Shown piece after piece: positions 1 to 12,530 of a stretch of DNA of 55,462 nucleotides. The stretch's first letter is position 1. Each line of letters opens with the position of its first letter. Location: positions 27,720,115-27,775,576 of the forward strand of contig NC_068996.1 in NCBI RefSeq assembly GCF_001194135.2, in the 5' to 3' direction. The translations under genes were made by a program, and so were the position numbers. The notes under the pieces are model-generated. The model searched no databases. It was not told where the DNA came from and saw only the letters and a program-made list of their open reading frames with translations. This DNA is from Octopus bimaculoides (Eukaryota).

Positions 1-216
1 GACACCATTTCGAGCGTGGCCGTTTTCGTGCGGGTGACACGTAAAAGCACCCACTACACTCTCTGAGTGGTTGGCGTTAGGAAGGGCATCCAGCTGTAGA
101 AACTCTGCCAAATCAGACTGGAGCCTGGTGTTGCCATCCGGTTTCACCAGTCCTCAGTCAAATCGTCCAACCCATGCTAGCATGGAAAGCGGACGTTAAA
201 CGATGATGATGATGAT
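1..216 (+). mobile_element. 3' UTR and (GAT)n tail of an RTE-clade LINE (window starts inside it)
   Basis: Ends ...aacccatgctagcatggaaagcggacgttaaacgatgatgatgatgat. This is colinear with the 3' end of the coding RTE copy at 35409-37441. Confidence 0.85.
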
Positions 217-1867
217 ATAAATTTATTTATATTATATACTGCTCCTCTATAACTTAGAGTGTGTTCCTTTATCAGATTTATGTTCTACCAATAATATATA
301 CATATACTCACACACACATATATATTAATCACACCTACTCAGTGAAAAAGTGCACTTGCTGACATTGAAAGTATTTATAACAGAAGACTACTGGAAAAAA
401 ATGTGGGGATATGATCAAATCATAGGATGTTGGAATCTACAAAATGGGAGATATAAGATTAGATGTGGCAATAAGTCATCCTCTGGATTGAATTGTCTAA
501 TTCTATTATATAGATATATAAAACACAACGATGGCTACATGTACGTATAAACAGAAAGTAAATAAAATTGTACTCTTGATACTTAACCTGCATTGAAAAG
601 AACATATAAAACAACTCTCTCCCACATTCACGAATTCATTGTCAAAACTAGAATTCATCAGAGATGGATTCTTTGTAATAGTTTGACAGTTGTTTAGTTT
701 CTAAACATGTAAGCCAACAGTTATACACGTTTGAATAGTCATTTGTTTGTTTTCGCTTTACGTTACCAGGAGAATTCGTTTCGCTTATGATATTTAATAA
801 ATTGAAAACATGCTCAGAGTTGTCTCCCGTATTTGCTGGGATATTTATAAAAAATATTAGTCATCGAGAAATTTTTTTTTTTTCTAACAGTATATTTTAA
901 TTCTACTTCAGCTTTTTTTTTTAATGATACATGCATTAAATATGCTGACACCCACTTAGCTAAAATTCATACTCGTGTCCGTTAGAGTTCAACAGACATA
1001 GGATAATTACAGCGCAATCAAATTGAGATAAAAGGAGTGGTGAAGACGACAATCAATGTAGTGAGGTGCCCCTTATTGACAGATGTCTCTTTGCACGTTT
1101 AAGTTTAGATCATAAAGATAAATGGAAATAAAAAGGAAGCTTTTTACGCACGCAAATTAATAAAATATGTCCGTTTTATTTTTCGTAACGAAATTAACAC
1201 TCATTGAAGGGAAAAATTTGTTTGTGAGAAATATCAAAATTTTTAATTTAAAAACAAACTGGTCAGTTTAAAAGCTGGCTATTTTAAAGTTTTCCCGATA
1301 AAACTGAAGATCTGCTTAAATTATATAAATGTAATATGAAAATGTTTACAATTTATGAGCAAATCTGTACTTCTACGAGCAATTAAGCTGTTTATAAAGA
1401 GTTGTCAAAACGAAAATATTTCATTTGAAATATTAAAATGTTTCATTTAGCTTAAAATAACTTCTACAAGTTGGTAGCAGTAATTTTTAAGACGAGGGGA
1501 AAATGAAGAACAAGTGCACGACACGGGTTTACATATGCATGTATTACAGGGCTTCAAGTCGATGCTCCTCCTTTCTTTTGCCCCATACACATACATACAC
1601 ACATTTTATAAATTCAAACGAAACTTACTATTCCATATTTCTCATTGGGAGTGGTCTTCAGGTAACATAAAGGCCACTTTTAGTGAGACACTTCGCTGGG
1701 AACTTAAGTTACGTTTGAATTTGTTAACAGTGTGTGTATATACACACACACATACATATATATTATAGATAGATATAGCGAGAGGGAGAGAACGGTATAC
1801 TGTATATATATGTCTATGTAATTGAGTAGCAGTAGACAAATGTCACTGAGGCTTCTGTATAGATCTC

Positions 1868-1877
1868 GCGCATGCGC
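1868..1877. promoter_or_regulatory. GCGCATGCGC palindrome, NRF1/Erect-wing-type motif in a CpG-retaining upstream region
   Basis: Perfect 10-bp palindrome matching the core NRF1 consensus, ~1.8 kb upstream of the JIP3/4 ATG. Function is inferred. Confidence 0.4.
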
Positions 1878-3641
1878 CTCCACATGAATGATGAAGCGAC
1901 TTTGATGGAGATCAATATGCCATGGCTGGTTGGCTGGGTATAAGAAAAGAATGGAGATGTCCTCCTCATTTCTGCTCCCGGCTATCCTGGTCTTCGTCCT
2001 CGTTCTCCTAGTAGTATTGCTATTGCCGACAACACTGACGCTGAAAAAGAAGCAACAGCAGATATTTCCACTGTCCAAAATATTGATACCTCTCTTCGAC
2101 TTCAAACAACAACAACCGCATCTACTACACCAACAGATTGCTGCCTCTATATTCTTCCCATTTGCTGTTTAGCAGTTTTCGCGTACCAATTTCTCATTGA
2201 TATCTTTTCTGCACTTACTCTAATCATTTCCCCTCGTTAACTTCATGTTTTGTCACTTCTAATTATTTGCTTCCACCGTTTCTTATTTGGCACCTCTTTT
2301 ACTCCTTGGCGAAACTAAATGTTTTTGTTTGTATTCGCTTTGTTAATATTATAAGAGTACAACATGACACTATACTTGCTTTATGACAATATATAGTTTT
2401 GTTTAATACTGAATACTATTCTTACTACTAACTTCAGCATTGTAAGCTATATGTAATATACTCGATGAAAGTAATCATATAAACACCATTAAGAAGAAAA
2501 AAAATTATTTGCGAGTAAAAATTATTTGCGAGTAAAAAGTTACATATATAATATACTATTTACCTTATTAATTAGACATATGTAAGCCGCGCGCGAGCAA
2601 TTGCAGAATAGCGAGGCAAAATTAAAGAAAGAGCACTTGTTTCTTATTGTTTTGTAATATCAACAGTTTCATATTATTTACATAGAATTAAAATTGTCTT
2701 ATATTTATCAAACCATTTTCTCTAGTTTTCGATAAATTATCCTACGCACTAACTTTACATTAGTAAATTCTTGCAAATATTGTTCAACTATATTGTATTC
2801 TTAACTATCGCTTTCTTCGTTCATGTTTTTGTTTCTGAACGGAAGGGGGAAAATAGTTATAAGATAAAATAGAAAGAGGAGATAACATAAATTGATGTTG
2901 CAATTAACCGTATTCCAGTATCCTTTTAATTTACATTCTCAATTTTAGGCTGTGACTTTCGTATTTACACGCACCCACACACGTGTGTATATATATATAT
3001 ATATATATATAGGTGTGTGTATATATATATATGTATATATATGATGTGCGTAGGTTTAAGGAAAGACATAATACCTGAACACATACATATATAATAAATA
3101 AATATATATACATATATATACACACACACACATGGAAGGATATAAATATGTGTATGTGTGTGTTACGTATATACCGTTAAGTGGTTCTCTCAGTGACAAG
3201 CTGAACTGACGAGAAAGTACAGTAGTCTCGCTTTGCCAGCAACACTTGCTGGTTACTTTCTATGGGTGGGTAGCTAAATTATTATTTGTAATTGTAACAT
3301 ACATACATATTAATTTCTCTCTACGTGTAGTTTAATCCTTTGGCGAGTGTTTTTTTTTATTTCTTAAAAAGAAAATTTAAAAAAAAAATCTCTCCTCATG
3401 ACCAAGGGACAGAAAAAAAGAGGGAAATCTAAGGACTATCTCTTATTCAAGCCCATTAAGAGAATAAAAATTAAAGGTGATAAATATATTATTTAATTAA
3501 TCAGGACTTTTTCAAAAACACAGAACATATTTTAAACCAAAGAAACGAGGAATAGTGGAGTGGAAAAACAATTCTTTTTTGAATACAAACGAACCAACAA
3601 AAATACCAAGAAGAACTAAAATATAGCGTAAGAAAACAACT

Positions 3642-3941
3642 ATGGATCCAGATATGGGGGAGACTGTGTATGGAACCCAAGAGGAAGGACACGTTATGTC
3701 GGAGAAGGTGCAGACACTGGCAGCTAGCGTCTACAAGGAGTTCGAACGGATGATCAAAAAATATGACGAGGACGTTGTCAAAGAACTGATGCCGTTGGTG
3801 GTTGGCATTCTGGAGAGTTTAGATAATGCATTCTCAGACAAGCAACAAATAGAGGTCGAGTTAGAACTGTTGCGAGATGATAATGAACAGCTCTTAACAC
3901 AATATGAAAGGGAAAAACAGCTACGCAAGGCTGCGGAACAG
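3642..3941 (+). CDS. MAPK8IP3: JIP3/JIP4 (sunday driver/UNC-16) coding exon 1, RH1 domain; 100 aa
   Basis: [61 protein letters not shown]...[30 protein letters not shown] matches the JIP3/4 N-terminus. Donor CAG|gtacgt at 3941/3942, phase 0. Confidence 0.97.
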
Positions 3942-4001
3942 GTACGTATCTTCAGTGTTGTAATTATTATGATTATGTCAGAAATTATTATTATATTATA
4001 A

Positions 4002-4090
4002 CTGGCAGAATCGTTAGAGTGCCGGACTATATGCCTCGAGGCATTTAGATACGGCCCTTTACGTTCTGAGTTCGAATTCCACTTGGGTCT
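4002..4090 (+). mobile_element. tRNA-like SINE family B, head only
   Basis: ctggcagaatcgttag...tctgagttcgaattcc (A-box and B-box-like). Same family as the copies at 32945-33330, 51993-52175 and 54318-54522. Confidence 0.7.
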
Positions 4091-4588
4091 TTTCCTCTTT
4101 AAATGTGTAGCTTTTGCCTATTCCTTTGTGCATCGAGTAAAATGTCTTGCAGTATTCTCTTTTTCTCCAAGTTCAGATCCCTGTGAAGTTAGTTTTGCCT
4201 TCCAAGGGTCTATAAAAAAAAAATACCAATCTTGTACTCCCCACCACTACGCCTGCCAAATCTGTCTTTGTGCCTCTAAGAAATTATTGATGTGTCAGGT
4301 GCTTGCATTCGTTGCTAATGTCGTGTCTTCGGTGAATCGGTAACAGAACGCGTATTCTATTCTTTCTTGCTGTAATCACTTCAAATTAATATTCCCTTGG
4401 AAAAGACATAACCCTTCGTTTGCAATTTTCTAAATACCAAGTGGCCGAGTTAAAAGAAATAGAAATATATAATCTGTATAGGATGTTTTCTATGTTTTGT
4501 CGACTATGTCGACTTACATCAGTTCATCCTTCCTGGATTGATCAACTACCAGTAATATATTCATGCCAATTCAGCCGACCGTACCTTC

Positions 4589-4623
<35 letters not shown>

Positions 4624-5217
4624 CACAATACATATGTAATATATTGTGTATATAATATATGTATTGTATGTTTTGCATAAATGTATTTTTTTATTGGCGA
4701 GAGAGAAAATAAATGTCATTATATGCGTTATTGTCTTTCTGTTTGATATAATTTATTCCTACTTAAAACCTCCCGCGGTGGCACTTGTAATCAATGCATA
4801 GTTAACTGCGGACCTTCTTTGCACATTTTCATACATTTTTACACCAAAATACATATGCACGCATACTTAAATAACCAGAACACACACACTTGTATTTAAT
4901 TACGAATTTTAGACATCCCTGCTGCTGAACATCATCTATTCTTTATGACCATGTCAAAGCTAGCTGCCTAATGACACTGATAATTTGTTTAGTTGCCACT
5001 AACAAAAACCATGTCTAATACAATTTGTTTAAAAAATTAAACAACCTTAGTTTAGGCCTTGTCTCGAATAAGATGTGAATATTAAATTCTTTTAATTTTG
5101 TCATATACAACATGTTTAAGGTCTGTGTCAACAGGACAATTGTATTTAATTGTCGTGCCCTCCACTTATTTATTTGAACAAATATTTTGGAAATAAGGGA
5201 TTAAATTTTTGTGTCAG

Positions 5218-5270
<53 letters not shown>

Positions 5271-7149
5271 CACACATACTCCCCACCTCAGGGTAATGTA
5301 AAGGTTATTGTAATGAAATCTTGAGCATTTTGACACGTATATCGTGGTTTGGTTGGGTCGAATTTTTCTTTTTCTTAAGCTTGTGAGTGTTCTTTATTTC
5401 GTTTTAGTCAAAAGATGACTCTTAAATATTTTTACAACAGCTTTAGCTGCAAGACTAGACTGACATCTGTCCATCTGCCTCGTAAAAAAAAAAAGGAAAA
5501 GTGTACAGTAGATTTTTTATCCTTCCACATATTTAATAGAAATTAAGCTGTAACTACGTGGATAGTTTCTATGTTGGTGTGTTTAACTTATTAAATACGT
5601 CAAACATACTCGCGAGCACGCTCACGTGTGAAGGAGCAGAGGAAAACTTCGGCCGTAATTCGACGTATAAAACAGTCAACAGGAAACTATCTAATTTTCA
5701 GCCAACTCGGATTCAGTTCTTTGTCAAAACAGTTTCCTTTAATCTGTAGTTTCGTGACTGTAAAAAATATCCATTCCTTTCGACTAAGCAAAAGGCCAAT
5801 TTTCCTTATCTTTTTCTTTTTGTTGGAAAGGGCGTATGGCTGGTTGAATTAAATCTCAGCATTTTTCTTTTAGAAGCACTGTCGCCCTACCGAAGACTGT
5901 GTCTTTAAGTTCGCTTGCTTGTGCTGCATTCTGGACAACGAATTAATGTAAAATGATGCGTATAGCTGGAAGCTCATACGATGCAAAAATAACCTCTACT
6001 CCTTCCCGGTCAGAATGTTAATATGACTGTGAGAGGAGTAAATCGCCTCAGTTAACAGCATAGTATTGCTGATACATATTTATATTGACAGTAAATGAAA
6101 TATAAAATTAATTCTAGCAGAATTAGAACTCAGAGAAACTAGTAGAACAAGTCATCTAAGTACATCACTTTTACTGCCAACCTTTCCTCGAGTACCAGTA
6201 AAACGCCGAGGTTCATTCCACTCATCTTTTCTTGCAGCATTTACTCTTGTCTCTAAGTTAGAAATCTTTATTGATTTTTTTTTTAATGATAGTCAACGTT
6301 TTGAAGGTGAGGATACTGCGGTCAATTGAATAGATTTCCGTGTATTACTGCTATTTAGCTACTGCAGTATATGACAGGTATAACAATGGTGAAATCAGTC
6401 TATTGGTATTTAGCTACTGTAATATAACAACAATAGTGTAATGTCAATTGAATACTCGTATATTCCTGGTACTTCAATATCACAATATGTTACTGGTATA
6501 ACAATAATAGTGGGGGATCAGTCTATTGAATAGATTTCCGTGTATGATAAGTACTTAGCGACCGCAATATATTACCGGTACTGCAACAGTGGTAGAATGC
6601 ATGGCGTACTGGGCTCCAGTGGTTTTTGAAATAGGAATAATTAGGAACGAAACTAAATGCCATATTGGCATCACTAGAGACATTGCTTCTTTATTGTCTC
6701 TTTTGAAAGAAACAATGAAACTATTGCATGGCCACAAAACAATGAATTGTTCTGTCAAATAGAAATTATTAAAATTAACTTAACCACACTTCATTCTCTT
6801 TAAGAGCCACTTTTTGTGTATTCCACTCCTTATTGTATAGAAACCCCTTAAAAATTGTAGCTAAAAGTAATATTTAGGCATTTATTTACCTCATAAGGCA
6901 TTAAAAACAAGATTTGGTTTATATTCGTAAAAACTGTTAAAATGAAATATAAAACTCCATTAGAAAAGGTAACGCGTGCCACAATATTACTTATTGCTTA
7001 TTTTCATTTCCTTTACTCTAGCATATTACTAATGATATCGGGTTTTGGGCAGTCGCGATGGCAGTTTTAAACCCCGACAGAATTTCAGGGTGGTATAAAA
7101 ACTCAGAAAGAGATATAACACCTGTCTCGTTCCTAAATACCATCATCAT

Positions 7150-7335
7150 TGCTAGAAATAAAAGCCAAATCTCAAGCCACGCTCTATCGTTCTTTTTTTT
7201 TTTATTATTATATAACGGATATATTATATAATTTAGTCGGAGATAAACTGTCCCAAATGATTGGATGGTCGTGGCTGGAATCTCTGATATGTAGGTCATT
7301 TGATTTAGGGCTGACGTGGGTGCAAAACAATAGGG
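7150..7335 (+). mobile_element. Interspersed repeat family C (SINE-like 3' part ending in ...aaacaac)
   Basis: gctagaaataaaagccaaatct...gatggtcgtggctggaat...; related segments at 10995-11075, 12120-12530, 29425-29640, 31800-31980 and 33440-33625. Confidence 0.6.
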
Positions 7336-8784
7336 TTGTTGTTTGTAACTCTTAGACAATTCTCGATGCCATCTTACATTTCTAACGGTATTTTAGCCTA
7401 GAACGTTTTCATAATTCTTCTTCCCAACTCGCTGTTCGTATTAATTACTCAAACATTATCACTAAAGCTTACTTGAATATAAAATAACGATCTTCAATCA
7501 CTAGCCATTTTAAAAACTGCCAGCATTTCTACTATAAAAATATTCCACACTCTTGTGGCTGTTAGTATAACGTATCATGCTATGCCACTACCAACACTAC
7601 TGTTACTACCACTCCCATCCATCACTGTCACCACGTCACGGATGTGAACCATTTGTTCTGAAATGTGCTGTCTGTCGGTCGGTCGGGAATTTTTAAGATG
7701 TTTATCTAACTAACCCAGATTTCCCCCCACTTAAGCTGGCTGTAGGCAATTTTCAACATCCTTGAATTCTTGTTATAAACCTGTGCTTCCACGTTTTTGT
7801 CATTTTCTTTGCTTTGCTTGCTTGGAAGCAGGAAACTAAAGCTTATTTAGATGACACTAGCAGGTGGAAAAAAAAGAAAATCTTTGGTCTTCATTATGAA
7901 ATCTAAATACCTTTATAAGTAGTAATTGAGTTGAATTTGTATGAATGCATGCATATACACACACATACTAATTTTTATGTTTTTACATATACACAAACAT
8001 ACTAATGTTTTTGTGTTTATACACGTACTGTTTGTGTGTTTGTAAACAATGTATATACATATGTATGCATGTGTACATACATCCACACATGTATATACAC
8101 ATGTATGCATACACACTCACTCTGTGTTTATCAGTCTCACTCATTTCAGGAGCGTATTTTTTTCCCACCATACCTTTATTGATAAGGATAGGCTTGTTAA
8201 TATTGTTGCTGATAGAATTTGTGTGCTTTGCAGTATTGTTATGCTTATTTACATTCCGAGTTCAAATTCTACTATCCAATATTGTCAGTCATCTCTGCAT
8301 TGATAAAATAGTGTACCTTTTACAACTGGTATCCATTTAATGCAGTTGTTATCAAAATTTATCTTCTTGCAGACTTCATGTCTGGCAGTGTTGACACACT
8401 GTCTGAAGAACATAGTGTTAGATGGTTGAATACTACAGAACAACCATCACCATTTAACATCTGATTTCCATTTTGGCATGGGCTGGATGGTTTGACAGGA
8501 GAAGGCAAGCCAAAAGACTGTGCCAAGCTCCACTGTCTGCTTTGGCATGGTTTCTTCAGCTGGATGTCCTTCCTAATACCAACCACTTTAATGTGTGAAC
8601 TGGTTGCTTTTTTATGTGGCACCAACACATGTATTATTTGTTATAGTTAAAATCTTATTTTGTTCACTTTTGTTTCATCTGTCTGAGGTTGGTTAAGTAA
8701 CAGTCAAGGTCAGGGTTCAATATAATTGACGGATCCTCCCTCTTATTGTCTGGCTTTGTGCTTGTTCTAACAAATCACTTTCAC

Positions 8785-8995
8785 CTTTTAACATTCATAT
8801 TCTGTCAATTGTAGAGCTTATTATTCATTTGTTTTGAATTAATCGTGCATTATTTTATAGCTTTCAGATTTTGATGAGGTAGCTTAATTTTTACAATGAT
8901 ATTCTAGGGTTGGTGTGAGATACCACATCTGGCCAGTTTGAACATAAAATGGATAGAATATTTTGGCTGGATATGGCCAGTTTAAAGTATAAATG
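8785..8995. mobile_element. Degraded MITE-like repeat
   Basis: Internal ...tctggccagtttgaacataaaa...tttggctggatatggccagtttaaa resembles, from memory, a common octopus non-autonomous element. The TIRs are too decayed to confirm. Confidence 0.3.
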
Positions 8996-10614
8996 GAATA
9001 TACTTTGTAATTTCAAAATATATTTTAGTAATAATTCTGATTAGTTTTTTTTAATCATGCCTTTTATTACTGACTTAAGATCAATTAATTACTATTTTAT
9101 CTTGTTCTCTCACACATAAGATTGTTGAAGTTAATGTATATTTGTAGTTAAGACTGATGTTGAGTTTACTTAGAAGGTAACATTTAGAATTTTGAACAAC
9201 ACATTCCATCATATATCCCAGCAAATCTGTAGATAATCAGTTATTTATATTACATCCATTTTTTTTTATTAAATGTTTTGCATCCATTCCAACCATGCTA
9301 GCTTAGGTAGAATTGGTTCTGTTGGAGCAAATGTATATATTTCCTGCTGTTAACCACTCGAATGTAAAGTGGGTGTGGCACCTGTTGTGTGCTAGCCAGC
9401 AGTATTACATATCTTTATTTAGTCTTTTACTCAACCATATTGTCAGTAATCCAGTTAGTTAATTCCAGTCATTATGCCTTGTTTTTTTAGAATGTCAATT
9501 CAATCAAATTGCTTCTGCTAAATGATTGATATGTAGGAAGAGCATTAAGCAAAATGTTCTATTTTTGGTTGTGGATGTCTCCTGTGAGTGATTATGGAAA
9601 TTTTAAGTTTTGTAATCATTACTGTTTAAATAACAATTTGCTTAAGGCTGCCATATTTAATAAATCTTTGTAAAATTCATGATGAGATATTGCATAGTCA
9701 ATACCACTGTAATATATATAAACTCCCACCACCAATCTTGATTATATTCTAAATTAACTGAAAAACATAGGCAGTCTGTTCATTGGAAATAGTTACAAAA
9801 AAGTTGGGAAATCGTCTTAAAAAATCTTAAATTCTTGGTTATTTGATAATTCTAGTTTTCATTTTATTCACTCTCTTATCAGTTCCTTGTTACCAGTAGT
9901 GTAAAGCAGGAATGTGTCCTGGCGCCTACTATTACAAATAAATAGTGACTGAATAAGTAGTAAGCCTTCAGTGATGACACTGTGTCACTATTCCAGTGCC
10001 AGTCTGTTTAAAATTTCTCAATTTGTCAAAGCCAAACCAGAATATTTTAGGTACTTGTTGATGGTCATGTACTTCAAGACAACATAGACAAAGATTAACA
10101 GCTAATTTTGTTTTCCCAGTTGCAAATTTAAGTCTAAAATTCATTGTCAAAGTAGCAGAGCTGTTATCCCTTGTATTTGGTTGGGGATAGAGAAGCTATT
10201 GGAATGTGTTGTCAAAGTGTTTTAGCACTATTATGTGATAATGCTCTACCAGAAGAAAAATATAAAAAACAAATGTATTATATTTAGATTTTGATATCTT
10301 TGAAACAAACCTAGTATGGTGATATTCCCTGTTAACTTTAAACAGTAATAGTATTTTCAGTTATATGGTGATGAACATTATATTCTCAACCCAAATTATC
10401 CTCTTACCTTGATACAGTCCCAAGATTGATATGAATCTCTTGTATGGCAGTTTTGTAGATCAAATGTAAACTTTGTGAAGACAGCTTGCCTCACCAGTTT
10501 TTTTTTTTCTTAGGGTGCATGTAAACTCTCAGATTGAAATCACTTTAAATTTATATTCAAGTGAAATGTAATAAAGAGATGAACTGCTGTTAGCTGATTG
10601 CTAGTGATTGTCAT

Positions 10615-10648
<34 letters not shown>

Positions 10649-10819
10649 GATGGTTTAATACTTCTATGACTTCTGTATAGATGTATATGGCATTATGTAT
10701 ATATGTATTTGATCTACAAGACTCATCCACTTCACACCTGTCTGGAGAAACAGAAACTAAAACAATAAAAATGATGTATATAATGTCACCTGTTTCAGTA
10801 GCTCACCTTGTCTTTTGGT

Positions 10820-10975
10820 ATATCTAAGACTCTCTGGGATGGTTGGTGTTAGGAAGAGTTCCCTGCTATAAAAACTATGCCAAAACAGTGAAGCCTGGTG
10901 CAGTCTAGTTAGTTCTTGTCAAACTGTCCAACCCATGCCAGCATGCAAAACAGATGATAAATGATGGTGATAATA
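10820..10975 (+). mobile_element. Decayed RTE 3' tail
   Basis: ggttggtgttaggaag...gtccaacccatgccagcatg...aaatgatggtgat, colinear with 61-216. Confidence 0.7.
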
Positions 10976-10994
10976 TTTTTTCTGGTGCATCATT

Positions 10995-11075
10995 CTTTAA
11001 GAGGGTAAGGTGTAATTTGGGGATTTGGCTGTTGTTTAGTATGTTGTTGATGCCTTTGAGAGCTTAGCTTCTTCA
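10995..11075 (-). mobile_element. Family C fragment
   Basis: gggtaaggtgtaatttggggatttggctgttgtttag is the reverse complement of the family C core. Confidence 0.5.
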
Positions 11076-11269
11076 TTGTAAACCACATGAATTTCTTATC
11101 TTAATCATTGTCATTTTTTTCTGTTTTGATTTTATCTTCAGTAATGCTGCCAATCCTAATTACAATTTATGATGAGTGCCTAGCTCAAGGCATAAAATGT
11201 TTAATCATTGTATCTGCTGTCATGCTTGGCAGAAGCAATGACTAATTTTCTTTCATGGTAATTGTAAAT

Positions 11270-11425
11270 GAGTATCACCATCACACAAGTGGTGTTCTTC
11301 ATTCTCAGTTTTCCATGGAAACCTGTCTAGCTATAGGAAAACTACCTTACTTGGAAACATCCACTCATAGAAAATCTGACTCCATGAATGACCTATGAAA
11401 GATTGAAAAAATGGATGTTAATTTC
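11270..11425 (+). mobile_element. 3' part of a SINE-A variant with RTE-type tail
   Basis: ...ttacttggaaac...gaaaaaatggatgttaa; similar to 20160-20326. Confidence 0.45.
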
Positions 11426-12119
11426 ATGCTACTATTATAGGAATATGTGCAAGTATTACCACTTTATAGTAAGCTGCTTGATCTCATACTTGGTGATTTC
11501 CAAATTTTCTATGTTCATACATTGCTAGGAAATGTTTAATTTTCATCTCTTCCACTTACAGAAGTAAATATTACATTTGAAAATGAAAAAGTTAATTTTC
11601 TAATAAGTGGGATAATAAAGTTCTTGATGTGCTAAATAAAAGTTATTTTATATTTAATTTTAATCTGGAAAGTTATTTTCATAAAGTATACACCTTTCCT
11701 TTTTGTTGTGCTATCTGAAATGCTGTCTTACACCCATCAGATATCTTAGTTTGGGAACCTTTGAACTAACTAATCAGTTGTAAAGTGGGTGTATCATTGG
11801 GCCCTTTCTTGTATCTCTAGAAGTTCCTTTTTGTTATGCTTTCGATTAATCCTGAGAATGTACCATTTCGCCTACTAAATTGGAGTAGATATTCTGTGTC
11901 CAAATTTTGTTCAGAAATGATATCTTCCAAAGATGGTTATTTTCTTCTTTTCTCTGTCATCATCACATATCAGTCAAAATGAATTAAATGGAACTGGCAT
12001 GCAGCATTCATCTTTTCAGATGCATTGTTCTTAAATTTAATCACATCTGTCCAGTTCTTTCTCCATTTATTTCTGCTACTTTTGCCTTTGACTTTACAAA
12101 CCTACTTACAGCATATTTC

Positions 12120-12530
12120 TTCAGGGAGCTGTTATACTTGCTAGAAATAGAACCAAGATCTTCCTCAAATTACACCACTCACTATCTTAACAAAGGTATG
12201 GATAATGCTGTCCTGAATTTCATGCACCTAAAAGGACAGGATGGTCATGGTTGGATGTGTCATTGATCATGTCAGGTTGATAGATGACTGGAGTTGGATA
12301 GGGGCTAAACAACTTCCTGTACATTTTGAGTCAAGGGAATCTCTTTGTGGCCATGTAGCCTGTAAGAAATTGCAGCCAAATCTTTCTCAAACCTCATCCT
12401 CCCGTCTTTAAAAAAGATACATTAGGTAATGAACTTAGATTTATTAATTCTGAATAAAATATGAGGATGGTCACTATGAGATACCTTTCATTATAGGCCC
12501 ATTCCTCAATTTTAGTTGATCTACTGCTAA
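12120..12530 (+). mobile_element. Two adjacent family C copies
   Basis: gctagaaatagaaccaagatct...ggggctaaacaac, then cctgtaagaaattgcagccaaatct...gatggtcac. Confidence 0.55.

Noticed and set aside
3190-3194. TCAGT initiator-like motif as the TSS
   Set aside because: A 5-mer is expected by chance and there is no independent support.
3942-4001. C-terminal extension [19 protein letters not shown] of ORF 3642-4001
   Set aside because: Read-through past the exon 1 donor. Homology continues in exon 2 at 46899.
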